From IMG/VR virus record IMGVR_UViG_3300028591_000065: 26,765 bases of DNA; one strand, written 5' to 3'. The notes under the pieces are model-generated. The model made no database searches. It was not told where the DNA came from and saw only the letters and a list, made by a program, of their open reading frames with translations. Both the position numbers and the translations under genes were made by a program. Below, in pieces: positions 16,683-24,377 of the stretch (its first letter is position 1; every line of letters starts with the position of its first letter). Origin of the DNA: a virus.

Positions 16683-18455
16683 ATGGCAAGTGGTTCTTTT
16701 AATTTAAGCTTAGAACACCCAAGTTCTAGCGTATCTTTTCAAGGTAAAATTGAGTGGACTAGTACCTCAAATGGTGCAGTTGCTAATTCTAGTTTAGTAG
16801 AGTGTAAAATCTATGCTAGAAAACAAGGAAGTTCAACACCTACTAGTGGAACATTTAAAGGTTCTATTACTATTGACGGAACTAAGACAACTTTTAGTCA
16901 AAGTAAGTCAGTAAGTAATTCATGGGTTTTAATCTCAACAAGTAGTAAGACAGTTTCACATAATGCTAATGGAACTAAAACTATAACTATAGCTGGAGAA
17001 GTTGGTAAGGTTTCTGGTACTACTTTAGCAAATATTAATTCAACTGGATCAAGTAGTGCTACATTAGATACAATAGCAAGAAAGATAACCATAACTGATA
17101 GTGCAATATTTAATGATGAGTATTCTTTTGGTACTAATATGTCAGCACCAGCTTACCCAAACTATACAAGTGCAAAAATATGTTTAAGTTTAGACGGAAC
17201 TAACCCACTAGATACGTGGAAAGATATAACACTAACAAATAACCACCCATATTATACGTATACAATAACTGAAAACGAACAAAATGCAATGTATACGGCA
17301 CACCCTAACGATAATTCATTTAATATCTATGTTATGGTTAGGAGTGTTTTAGGTGGTTCAACTTATACTGATAAAATACAAAAAACAATAAGTATAATAA
17401 ATGCTAACCCAGAATATGACGCAAGTACTTTAAGTGTTATTGATACTAATGCTTCAGTTGTTTCTATTACTGGAGATAATACAAAATTAGTAGGTTTAGA
17501 AAGTATACCAGAGTTAATATGGACTGCACCAACAATAAAAAAAGGTGCTAGTTTATCTTATATGTCTTTTGTATTCATTGGTGGTGTAAGAGAATCTAGT
17601 TATACAACTGACACATTAACTGGATCATATACATTTACTGAAAAACCTAGTGGAACTTTTACTATACGTTGTATTGTAGAAGATAGTAGGGGAAATAGAA
17701 CTTACTTTGATAAGACAATAAATGTAATTGAGTATAATTACCCACAAATAGGAGGTAGTCTAAAAAGAGTAAATAATTATGAAAATGAAACCAAGTTAAC
17801 CATAAATGCTTCAATAAGTTCGGTTGATAGTTTAAATAGTATTCAATTACTTCAATATAGGTATAAAAAAGACGCTACAGGGGAAAACTGGAGTGCATGG
17901 ACTAATATATCAAACGGAGTAGAAACTACACTTACATTAGACAATAATTATGGTTGGTTCTTTGAGTTTAAATGTGAAGATAAGTTTGATTATGAAACTG
18001 TTAGTGGTTATCTAAATAAAGGACTATTTGTATTATTTATAGACGTTGTTAAAAACTCAGTTGGTATTAATTGTTTCCCAGAGAAAAATAATTCTTTAGA
18101 AGTAAACGGAGTTGAAATAGCAACCGAAGAAGAAGAAATATGGAGTGGTTCGACAATACTAGACTATAACGATACTATCACATTAGATATAAGTATTAGC
18201 AAAACTCAAAGAGGTTTTGCTTTTTTATGGGAACACCAAAACGGAGAACAGCAAGTCACATACGCACCTAAAACACTTTCATATAGTGAATTAAATTACT
18301 TTTTAATTAGTGCTGGTGGCATTGGTTATAAAAGAGTAATTTTAAGTGGGCATGACACCTTAACAGGTGACGCAGTAAATGGTGGTTCTGGAACTATTGG
18401 AGGAATAACATACGATAGTTCTAAATGGTATCTTAAAAAAGTATATAGAGTATAG
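16683..18455 (+). CDS. Structural protein, receptor-binding candidate (DUF859-like N-terminus)
   Basis: 590 aa, last structural gene before the lysis genes. The S/T/N-rich beta-type sequence starts MASGSFNLSL... Confidence 0.5.
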   Translation: MASGSFNLSLEHPSSSVSFQGKIEWTSTSNGAVANSSLVECKIYARKQGSSTPTSGTFKGSITIDGTKTTFSQSKSVSNSWVLISTSSKTVSHNANGTKTITIAGEVGKVSGTTLANINSTGSSSATLDTIARKITITDSAIFNDEYSFGTNMSAPAYPNYTSAKICLSLDGTNPLDTWKDITLTNNHPYYTYTITENEQNAMYTAHPNDNSFNIYVMVRSVLGGSTYTDKIQKTISIINANPEYDASTLSVIDTNASVVSITGDNTKLVGLESIPELIWTAPTIKKGASLSYMSFVFIGGVRESSYTTDTLTGSYTFTEKPSGTFTIRCIVEDSRGNRTYFDKTINVIEYNYPQIGGSLKRVNNYENETKLTINASISSVDSLNSIQLLQYRYKKDATGENWSAWTNISNGVETTLTLDNNYGWFFEFKCEDKFDYETVSGYLNKGLFVLFIDVVKNSVGINCFPEKNNSLEVNGVEIATEEEEIWSGSTILDYNDTITLDISISKTQRGFAFLWEHQNGEQQVTYAPKTLSYSELNYFLISAGGIGYKRVILSGHDTLTGDAVNGGSGTIGGITYDSSKWYLKKVYRV

Positions 18456-18466
18456 GAGGTGGAACA

Positions 18467-18667
18467 ATGGAAACTGTAAAGAAAATTGCTAAATATGGTG
18501 TTAATATTTTAGCTATAGTAAATGCTTTATTAGTAGGTTTAGATCCAATATGGGGTATTCCTTATTGTGATAAAATAACTGCTACTATATCAGTAATAAT
18601 GGCAGTTGCTGGTACATACTTACTAGGACAAAAAGCATATAATTATTATAAAATAGAGGGTGTTTAA
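18467..18667 (+). CDS. Holin
   Basis: 66 aa with two hydrophobic segments (VNILAIVNALLVGL and ITATISVIMAVAGTYLLG). Located immediately upstream of the endolysin. Confidence 0.7.
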   Translation: METVKKIAKYGVNILAIVNALLVGLDPIWGIPYCDKITATISVIMAVAGTYLLGQKAYNYYKIEGV

Positions 18668-18669
18668 TT

Positions 18670-19353
18670 ATGGTAAAGAAATATAAATATAATTGTGATG
18701 ATAAATTATCGGCACATTTTTCAGTTCAAGACTTTAGGTGTAAATGTGGTGGTAAACATGATATTTTAATTGATACAAAATTAGTAGATTTATTAGAAGA
18801 TTTGTACTTAAAACTAGAAGCTGACGAGTTAAAAGTTTATAGTGGGTATAGGTGTAAAAAGCACGATATAGCAGTAGGTGGTTCTGGAAGTGGTTCTCAT
18901 ACTGAAGGAAAAGCTGCTGATTTTTATTGCAAGAAAGACGGAAAACGTATAAGTTCAGGTGTTGTTTGTGTGACACTTGAAAACATGAAAGACTATAAAG
19001 GTATAGGTTTTAGGTGTGGAGGGAAAAAAAATACAACAGGAGATACACACGCTGACGTAAGAAATAGACAATGGTACGGAAATGAAGCAAGTAAAACTCC
19101 AAGAAAAGCAGTCACTAAAGACTGGTATAAATACTTTGATAATGTAGAAATGAAAACACGTACAACAATGAATATACGTAGTGGTGCTGGTACTAACTAT
19201 AAAAAAGTTGGATCATTAAAAAAGGGTTCTATATTTAAAGCAACGCAATTAAAATGGAACGGGAAAGACGGTTGGTTAAAAATGGCAAAAGGTTATATAT
19301 GTTTGTGTCAAGATAAAAAATATTATTGTGATATAGAAAAGGTAGAACCATGA
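18670..19353 (+). CDS. Endolysin: zinc peptidase M15 (M15_3/YcbK-like) catalytic domain plus C-terminal SH3b domain
   Basis: Catalytic motif: FSVQDFRCKCGG...SGYRCKKHDIAVGGSGSGSHTEGKAADF...THADVR. The SH3b-like segment is MNIRSGAGTNYKKVGSLKKGSIFKA...DGWLKM. Confidence 0.85.
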   Translation: MVKKYKYNCDDKLSAHFSVQDFRCKCGGKHDILIDTKLVDLLEDLYLKLEADELKVYSGYRCKKHDIAVGGSGSGSHTEGKAADFYCKKDGKRISSGVVCVTLENMKDYKGIGFRCGGKKNTTGDTHADVRNRQWYGNEASKTPRKAVTKDWYKYFDNVEMKTRTTMNIRSGAGTNYKKVGSLKKGSIFKATQLKWNGKDGWLKMAKGYICLCQDKKYYCDIEKVEP

Positions 19354-19724
19354 AAGTAAGAGAACTAATAGATTATGTAATATTAGCAAGTGCTTTTTTA
19401 GGTGCATTATTTGGAGTAATGAAATATATAAAAGCAGGTATAAAAGAAATGCTAAAAAATGAATTCAAAGACATAACTGATAGACTAAATAAATTAGAGA
19501 ATAAAATTGACACCAACGAAGCTGATAGAATAAGGACTGAAATAGAGCATTATTATCATATATGTTTAAGTGGTGGAGAAATAGACACAAACGAAAAGAC
19601 ACATATAGATAATATATATAGAAAGTACCATAATGAATTAAAACAAAATGGAGAAATAACACACGAATATAACTACATAATAGAATATTATGAAATGCAA
19701 TTTAAAAAGACTAGTGTATGCTAG
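19350..19724 (+). CDS. Membrane-anchored coiled-coil protein, translationally coupled to the endolysin
   Basis: ATGA overlap with the endolysin stop. N-terminal TM segment LIDYVILASAFLGALFGVM, then DITDRLNKLENKID and a His/Tyr-rich C-terminus. Confidence 0.6.
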   Translation: MKVRELIDYVILASAFLGALFGVMKYIKAGIKEMLKNEFKDITDRLNKLENKIDTNEADRIRTEIEHYYHICLSGGEIDTNEKTHIDNIYRKYHNELKQNGEITHEYNYIIEYYEMQFKKTSVC

Positions 19725-19735
19725 TCTCTTTTTTT
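19708..19735. terminator. Bidirectional intrinsic terminator between convergent genes
   Basis: Stem AGACTAG (19708-19714) / CTAGTCT (19721-19727). It is flanked by an A-run upstream and a T-run downstream, so it reads as hairpin plus U-run on both strands. Confidence 0.75.
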
Positions 19736-19772
19736 ATGCTCTAAAGTTATTTTTAGGCATTTTAAGGCACGT

Positions 19773-20108
19773 TTATAAATCTTTAGTGCAATTATACGTT
19801 TGATACTTTTTATAGACTAAATCGTCTTTATTCCAGTTGGGGTATTTTTCTTTAAAATAATCTTCAGCACGTTGTATCATATACTTACGCATTGGTGTAT
19901 CATCAAACATAAAATGACAGTCTAAACAATTAGTCATTATATTCTCTGGAATACCTAAACCACCATGAGAACGTTTTATAAAATGTGAATTAGCTAAGTT
20001 AATATCACAATATCTACCACAAAAAATACACCTGTGGTTATCTCTTTCCCATACTATTTGCTTAGTTTCTTTTGAAATCATTAAAGCTTTAGTTCTTTCA
20101 CTTTTCAT
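19773..20108 (-). CDS. HNH endonuclease (second copy; only minus-strand gene)
   Basis: 111 aa. Motifs: VWERDNHRCIFCGR...NSHFIKRSHGGLGIPENIMTNCLDCH. RBS AGAGGGA on the minus strand. Confidence 0.75.
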   Translation of the reverse strand: MKSERTKALMISKETKQIVWERDNHRCIFCGRYCDINLANSHFIKRSHGGLGIPENIMTNCLDCHFMFDDTPMRKYMIQRAEDYFKEKYPNWNKDDLVYKKYQTYNCTKDL

Positions 20109-20164
20109 ATATTCCCTCTTTAATTTTATTGTAAATCAAAAGAGTAGGGAATACTGGGAAATAT

Positions 20165-20193
20165 TTGACAATTAATACTATTCTATTTATAAT
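20165..20193 (+). promoter_or_regulatory. Consensus sigma-A-type promoter (early P1)
   Basis: TTGACA (20165-20170), 17-nt spacer, TATAAT (20188-20193). It is followed by AAAGGAGGGGG and ATG 20218. Confidence 0.8.
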
Positions 20194-20217
20194 TAGCAAC
20201 TCAAAGGAGGGGGAATT

Positions 20218-20484
20218 ATGAAGTATTTAGTATTATATGAAAGAACCAACGGAGATATGCTATATAGGTATAGGAAAAGTTTACCAGAATATGAAGTTGG
20301 ATCGTATACCTCAATGGGTTGGAAATTAGTTGACATAAAAGTATTAGATAAAGGTAAATGTCTTTCTATGTATGACTACTCTACTTCTGTATCTAATAGA
20401 GTAGTAGGGTTGACACAACGCATTGACTACCGAAAAATCGTTGAATATATGCTCTTATTAGCATTAATTAAAATTATTTTGTAA
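20218..20484 (+). CDS. Hypothetical first early protein with a hydrophobic C-terminus
   Basis: 88-aa ORF with a strong SD, directly downstream of P1. C-terminal segment: VEYMLLLALIKIIL. Confidence 0.65.
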   Translation: MKYLVLYERTNGDMLYRYRKSLPEYEVGSYTSMGWKLVDIKVLDKGKCLSMYDYSTSVSNRVVGLTQRIDYRKIVEYMLLLALIKIIL

Positions 20485-20500
20485 AGTTTTAAAATTACTA

Positions 20501-20529
20501 TTGCAACCAATATATATGTATGTTAAAAT
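20501..20529 (+). promoter_or_regulatory. Sigma-A-type promoter with extended -10 (early P2)
   Basis: TTGCAA (20501-20506), 17-nt spacer ending in TGT, TAAAAT (20524-20529). Confidence 0.7.
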
Positions 20530-20535
20530 TAAAAT

Positions 20536-20652
20536 GTAATGAAGGTACGAGATACCTTTTAAAAATACTTTAACAAGTTAACATAATATATATATTAACA
20601 AATAGAGTATTTTAAAAGAAACGAACCTCATTACTAGAAATGAGGTTTTTTT
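20536..20652 (+). ncRNA. Predicted ~115-nt structured leader / small RNA ending at an intrinsic terminator
   Basis: Hairpin AAGGTA (20542-20547) / TACCTT (20553-20558). A long AU stem pairs 20556-20569 with 20606-20618. The terminator spans 20624-20652. No SD-preceded ORF is present. Confidence 0.45.
20624..20652 (+). terminator. Intrinsic terminator whose 3' arm contains the SD of the next gene
   Basis: Stem AACCTCATT (20624-20632) / AATGAGGTT (20639-20647), loop ACTAGA, T-run 20646-20652. GAGG at 20642-20645 lies 8 nt upstream of ATG 20654. Confidence 0.8.
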
Positions 20653-20653
20653 A

Positions 20654-20851
20654 ATGTATTACAACTTTTATGCAGAACTCAAAAAGAGAAATTGGAAGCA
20701 AAGTGATTTAGCTAACTTCTTAGGAATAACAATAACAACTTGCAACCAGAAGCTATTAGGCAACTTCTCATGGGACATTAAAGATATAAAGAAATGTCTT
20801 AAAGAGTTTAATACCACATTTGAATATTTATTTGAAACTAAGGAGGACTAA
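20654..20851 (+). CDS. Cro-like HTH regulator (XRE/DUF739-like)
   Basis: 65 aa. HTH-like segment: WKQSDLANFLGITITTCNQKLLGNFSWDIKDIKK. Confidence 0.6.
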   Translation: MYYNFYAELKKRNWKQSDLANFLGITITTCNQKLLGNFSWDIKDIKKCLKEFNTTFEYLFETKED

Positions 20852-20853
20852 AT

Positions 20854-21042
20854 ATGAAAGTTAATATTAAAGGTTTTATTGCTTTATTTGTAATGTTATT
20901 TGTTATAGGTTTTATCGGTTATGATTTTATACAACTTGTAAAAGGTGGAACTTACACATTTTATGGAATAGCAACACTTATACTTGTAATTTATGCTGGT
21001 TATTTATCAAGCAGTTATATTGAAGCAAGAATAAAGAGGTAG
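20854..21042 (+). CDS. Small membrane protein (two TM segments)
   Basis: 62 aa. Hydrophobic segments: FIALFVMLFVIGFIGY and GIATLILVIYAGYL. RBS AAGGAGGA. Confidence 0.6.
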   Translation: MKVNIKGFIALFVMLFVIGFIGYDFIQLVKGGTYTFYGIATLILVIYAGYLSSSYIEARIKR

Positions 21043-21044
21043 AT

Positions 21045-21761
21045 ATGGCTGAAAGAAGAATGTTTGCAAAAACAATAATAGATAGTGACGCATTTTTAGA
21101 AATGCCTATGAGTGCAAGACTACTTTATTATGATTTATCAATGAGAGCTGATGATGACGGGTTTGTTAATTCCCCAAAAAAAATAATGAAGTTTGTAGGT
21201 GCTACCAATGACGATATGAATATCTTAATAGGTAGAAAGTTCGTAATAGCATTTGATAATGGGGTAGTAGTTATAAAGCATTGGAGAATACATAACTACA
21301 TAAGAAAAGACACTTATAATGAAACACCATATACCGAACAAAAAGCACTTTTAGAACTAGATGAAAAGAACGCATATAGACTTAAAAATAATGATAGTCA
21401 ACGAGAAGTCGACGGGGCGTTGACACAGGTTAGGTTAGGTAAGGTAAGTATAGATAAGAAAGAAGAAGATATATACGAGGCAATTTTAACTTTTAAATCA
21501 AACTTAACACCAACTGACTATGAAATGATAAACGAAGTCATTGATAAGTATAGTTTAGAGCAATTTAAAGAAGCTATTGAGATAAGTAAGTCTAATAATG
21601 CAAAGACAATTAAATATTTATTACAAGTCTTAAAAAACCCTATAAAGAATAAAAAGGTTGTTATAAGACCTAAATGGTTAGACGAAGATATTAAAGGAGT
21701 GGACTTAAGTTTAAATGAAGAAGAAGAACGAGAACTTGCTGAAATTATTAAAGGAACATAA
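21045..21761 (+). CDS. Phage replisome organizer / DnaD-domain replication initiation protein
   Basis: The N-terminus MAERRMFAKTIIDSDAFLEMPMSARLLYYDLSMRADDDGFVNSPKKI is characteristic of the replisome organizer N-terminal region. The C-terminal part is DnaD-like: ...FKEAIEISKSNNAKTIKYLLQVLKN. Confidence 0.8.
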   Translation: MAERRMFAKTIIDSDAFLEMPMSARLLYYDLSMRADDDGFVNSPKKIMKFVGATNDDMNILIGRKFVIAFDNGVVVIKHWRIHNYIRKDTYNETPYTEQKALLELDEKNAYRLKNNDSQREVDGALTQVRLGKVSIDKKEEDIYEAILTFKSNLTPTDYEMINEVIDKYSLEQFKEAIEISKSNNAKTIKYLLQVLKNPIKNKKVVIRPKWLDEDIKGVDLSLNEEEERELAEIIKGT

Positions 21762-21924
21762 ACCAATAAGAATATTCGTATTAGAAAGTGATTTTGGAAT
21801 ATTTGACTATGATCCAAGCAAGGAAATATATCAAGGGCAATTTGGTTATATATCTATAAGAGCATTATATAAATCGTTAAATGGGAGTGAAGAATTAAAT
21901 CATTTAAGAATTGAGGAAGTTTAA
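21715..21924 (+). CDS. Hypothetical protein (start uncertain)
   Basis: 69-aa ORF overlapping the previous gene by 47 nt. No clear SD. An alternative TTG start lies at 21736. Confidence 0.45.
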   Translation: MKKKNENLLKLLKEHKPIRIFVLESDFGIFDYDPSKEIYQGQFGYISIRALYKSLNGSEELNHLRIEEV

Positions 21925-22130
21925 TGGAAGATAGAATATTAGCTTATTTAAAGCAAAATAAATCAATTACAACGTGGGAAGCAATAAGGGAGTTTGGTTG
22001 TACTAGATTATCACATTATATATGGGCGTTAAGAAAAGAATATAACATAACTGACGAGTGGGAACACACTACTAATAGATATGGAGATAAAGTCAAATAT
22101 AAAAAGTATATTCTGGAGGACTTATGTTAG
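21924..22130 (+). CDS. Winged-helix/HTH_39-like DNA-binding protein
   Basis: 68 aa. The pattern ILAYLKQNKSITTWEAIREFGCTRLSHYIWALRKEYNI...NRYGDKVKYKKY matches the common small phage HTH family. Confidence 0.65.
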   Translation: MEDRILAYLKQNKSITTWEAIREFGCTRLSHYIWALRKEYNITDEWEHTTNRYGDKVKYKKYILEDLC

Positions 22131-22276
22131 AGTGGTACGCAAGTCAAGTATGGTTATTACTTAAAATAGTCTTTTGTTTTTTCATAATATACGAACTAAT
22201 AAAGGTGGTTGCAAGAGATGTCAAGGAAGAAGCATTTAAGAGTAAAAGAAAAACTAGACAATATCATAAAAGATAA
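22124..22276 (+). CDS. Possible small membrane protein (50 aa), not in the ORF track
   Basis: ATG 22124 lies 3 nt after GGAGGA. Hydrophobic core: VWLLLKIVFCFFIIY. The ORF overlaps the next gene by ~59 nt, so it is doubtful. Confidence 0.3.
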   Translation: MLEWYASQVWLLLKIVFCFFIIYELIKVVARDVKEEAFKSKRKTRQYHKR

Positions 22277-22460
22277 TTGTAATCAATATTGTTATAACTG
22301 CAAACACACTTTATATTTTAACCCAAGACAAGAAAAAAAGAATTGTGACTATTGTGGGGCATTAAATAAGAATAAAACAAGAGCATATTTTAGATATAAC
22401 TTTTATCAAGCAAGACAAAAAATGGAAGATTATAAAATTATCAAATTGGAGGAGAAATAA
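22218..22460 (+). CDS. Zinc-ribbon protein
   Basis: ATG 22218 lies 9 nt after AAAGGTGG. Cysteine pairs: CYNCKH...CDYCG. The track's TTG 22209 start is less likely. Confidence 0.6.
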   Translation: MSRKKHLRVKEKLDNIIKDNCNQYCYNCKHTLYFNPRQEKKNCDYCGALNKNKTRAYFRYNFYQARQKMEDYKIIKLEEK

Positions 22461-22462
22461 AT

Positions 22463-23017
22463 ATGACAAAATATGAAGATATTAAAAAAGCAAATGAAAG
22501 TTTAAGTTCATTAGACGTTAAAGGAAAAGATTATATACAAGTAAATGAAAGAGTTAAAGCTTTCCGTATGGTGTACCCAGAAGGCACGATCCAAACTGAA
22601 ATGCTTTCAAATGATAATGGAGTATGTGTATTTAAAGCAAGTGCATACAATGGAGATAAATTACTAGCAACAGGACACGCATACGAAAAAGAAGGTAGTA
22701 CATTTATCAATAAGACTTCATATATCGAAAATTGTGAAACAAGTGCAATAGGACGTTGCTTAGGTATGTGTGGTTTTGGAATTGATACAAGTATAGCAAG
22801 TGCTGAAGAAGTACAAAATGCTATCAATAACCAAGAAGAAGACGACTTTAAAGAACATAACAATTTAGAAATGGCATTAGATAAACTTATCGAACAAGAA
22901 AATGTAGATTATGACAAATTAGTAGAAAAGTATAAAACTGATGACATACACAAAATGAGTGTTAAGCAATTAAAGAACGCAATAGAAAATATAGACAAGT
23001 TTGAGAAGGTGGCATAA
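22463..23017 (+). CDS. Putative single-strand annealing protein (Rad52/Sak-like)
   Basis: 184 aa. The pattern KGKDYIQVNERVKAFRMVYPEG...ENCETSAIGRCLGMCGFGI resembles the Rad52-like phage recombinase core. The gene lies near ssb and a NinB-like gene. Motif-level recognition only. Confidence 0.45.
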   Translation: MTKYEDIKKANESLSSLDVKGKDYIQVNERVKAFRMVYPEGTIQTEMLSNDNGVCVFKASAYNGDKLLATGHAYEKEGSTFINKTSYIENCETSAIGRCLGMCGFGIDTSIASAEEVQNAINNQEEDDFKEHNNLEMALDKLIEQENVDYDKLVEKYKTDDIHKMSVKQLKNAIENIDKFEKVA

Positions 23018-23295
23018 TGGAAACTTATATCAAAATAGATGATGAAATAGAAACAATAAAAGAAGCATATATAACTACTTGTAGTTCACGAGAAAGTGGT
23101 TTAAAGCAATTTGAAAATAACACTATAGAAATAAACGATAGTATATATATAAGCACAAGAGAATTGAAAGATTTAATTTATTATTTAGTTGAGGCATGTG
23201 GTGGTTTAGAAGACGAATTGACTGATATACGAAGTGAAGAATATGCAGAGGACTGGGGTAGTGATATTGAGTTTGAAAGACAAAGGGGTAATTAA
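23017..23295 (+). CDS. Hypothetical acidic protein
   Basis: 92-aa ORF with ATGA-type coupling to the upstream gene. Confidence 0.55.
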   Translation: METYIKIDDEIETIKEAYITTCSSRESGLKQFENNTIEINDSIYISTRELKDLIYYLVEACGGLEDELTDIRSEEYAEDWGSDIEFERQRGN

Positions 23296-23296
23296 T

Positions 23297-23425
23297 ATGC
23301 GTATAGAAAAAGACATAATACTAAACAAGTACATTGTGTGGGAAACATACAGGAATTATATGGTGGAAAGATTTAGAGGAAATAAAAAACAATGCAAGGA
23401 GTGGATCAATAATGTTAAAAAGTAG
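23297..23425 (+). CDS. Small hypothetical protein (42 aa)
   Basis: ATG 23297 follows AAAGGGG. The track's longer 23234 start overlaps the previous gene. Confidence 0.45.
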   Translation: MRIEKDIILNKYIVWETYRNYMVERFRGNKKQCKEWINNVKK

Positions 23426-23669
23426 AGAAGAAATAACAAAACAATGTGGAGAGCTAATAGATACAATAGGAGAACTATTTGACGATAAAATCAAGTATGA
23501 AAGAAAGTTTTGTGAAGAAGCAAGAAAAAGAAAAGAAACTGAAAACGAATTAATAGATAAAAACATTAGAATAGAAAAGGCATTAACTTTATTAAAAAAT
23601 AATATAGGTAATAATGCAGTTGAGTTAAGAGTAGAAGCTATAAAAATATTGGAGGGTACTAATGAATAG
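23412..23669 (+). CDS. Hypothetical coiled-coil protein (85 aa)
   Basis: ATG 23412 follows AAGGAGTGG. The track's 23334 start lacks an SD and overlaps the upstream ORF. Confidence 0.5.
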   Translation: MLKSREEITKQCGELIDTIGELFDDKIKYERKFCEEARKRKETENELIDKNIRIEKALTLLKNNIGNNAVELRVEAIKILEGTNE

Positions 23670-24045
23670 TGTGTCATTAATTGGAAGGCTGACTCGAGAT
23701 AGTGAGTTAAGAGAAAACGAAAAAGGAACAAAAGTAAGTTCATTTACATTAGCTATAGCAAGAGATGAAAATACAACTGATTTTATAAATTGCACTTGTT
23801 TTAATAAAACAGCAGAAGTATTAAATAAATATACAAAAAAAGGTAGTCAAGTTGGAGTAATAGGAAGAATACAAACAAGAACCTATGAAGAAGAAAATAA
23901 AAAAAGAACTATAACTTATGTATTAGTAGATAAACTTGTCTTACTAGGCAAAAAAGAAAGCACAGAAGAAACAAATAAAGGCTTTGAGGGTAATTCACTA
24001 TATCAAGATGAAATAGTACTTACAGGGGATGATTTACCATTTTGA
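23662..24045 (+). CDS. ssb: Single-stranded DNA-binding protein
   Basis: OB-fold pattern: VSLIGRLTRDSELRENEKGTKVSSFTLAIAR...VGVIGRIQTRTYE. Acidic C-terminal tip: DDLPF. Confidence 0.9.
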   Translation: MNSVSLIGRLTRDSELRENEKGTKVSSFTLAIARDENTTDFINCTCFNKTAEVLNKYTKKGSQVGVIGRIQTRTYEEENKKRTITYVLVDKLVLLGKKESTEETNKGFEGNSLYQDEIVLTGDDLPF

Positions 24046-24368
24046 GAACAATGTTAAATTATTTGAAAAGCTACATAGAAAAAGAATATGGCATTGACTT
24101 TAAATTAGTAATTAGTGAACCAACAAACTATGAAAAATATGAGGAGTTAGTTTATAAAGTAGGTAAACAAGAATATACATTGTCAGTAGGTTATGCTTAT
24201 AGTTGTAAACAAGAAAGGCAAGTATGGAGTATATATACAGACTTTATGGACTATAAAGAGTGGTATGGGTATGGTGGTGCTTATGAAGATGAAGGAAGTA
24301 AAACCATAGATGAAATAATGCAAAAATGGGGTTTTAAAAAATCAAATCAACAAATGAGTTTATTTTAG
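24042..24368 (+). CDS. Hypothetical protein
   Basis: 108-aa ORF with a 4-nt overlap with ssb. Confidence 0.55.
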   Translation: MRTMLNYLKSYIEKEYGIDFKLVISEPTNYEKYEELVYKVGKQEYTLSVGYAYSCKQERQVWSIYTDFMDYKEWYGYGGAYEDEGSKTIDEIMQKWGFKKSNQQMSLF

Positions 24369-24377
24369 GAGGTATAT

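Noticed and set aside
20534-20562. Mini-ORFs in the early leader: ATG-TAA at 20534-20539 and a 7-codon ORF at 20539-20562, considered as a possible leader peptide for attenuation.
   Set aside because: Neither has an SD. They lie at or before the predicted transcription start, 5-10 nt after the -10 element. There is no codon bias suggestive of amino-acid sensing.
21427-21450. Iteron-like tandem pentamers AGGTT AGGTT AGGTA AGGTA AGTA inside the replisome organizer gene, considered as a possible origin.
   Set aside because: The repeat is fully explained by coding for the QVRLGKVS peptide. That peptide is a recurrent motif at the domain boundary of this protein family. There is only one short cluster and no flanking AT-rich unwinding element. 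An origin within the gene cannot be excluded, but the sequence gives no independent support.
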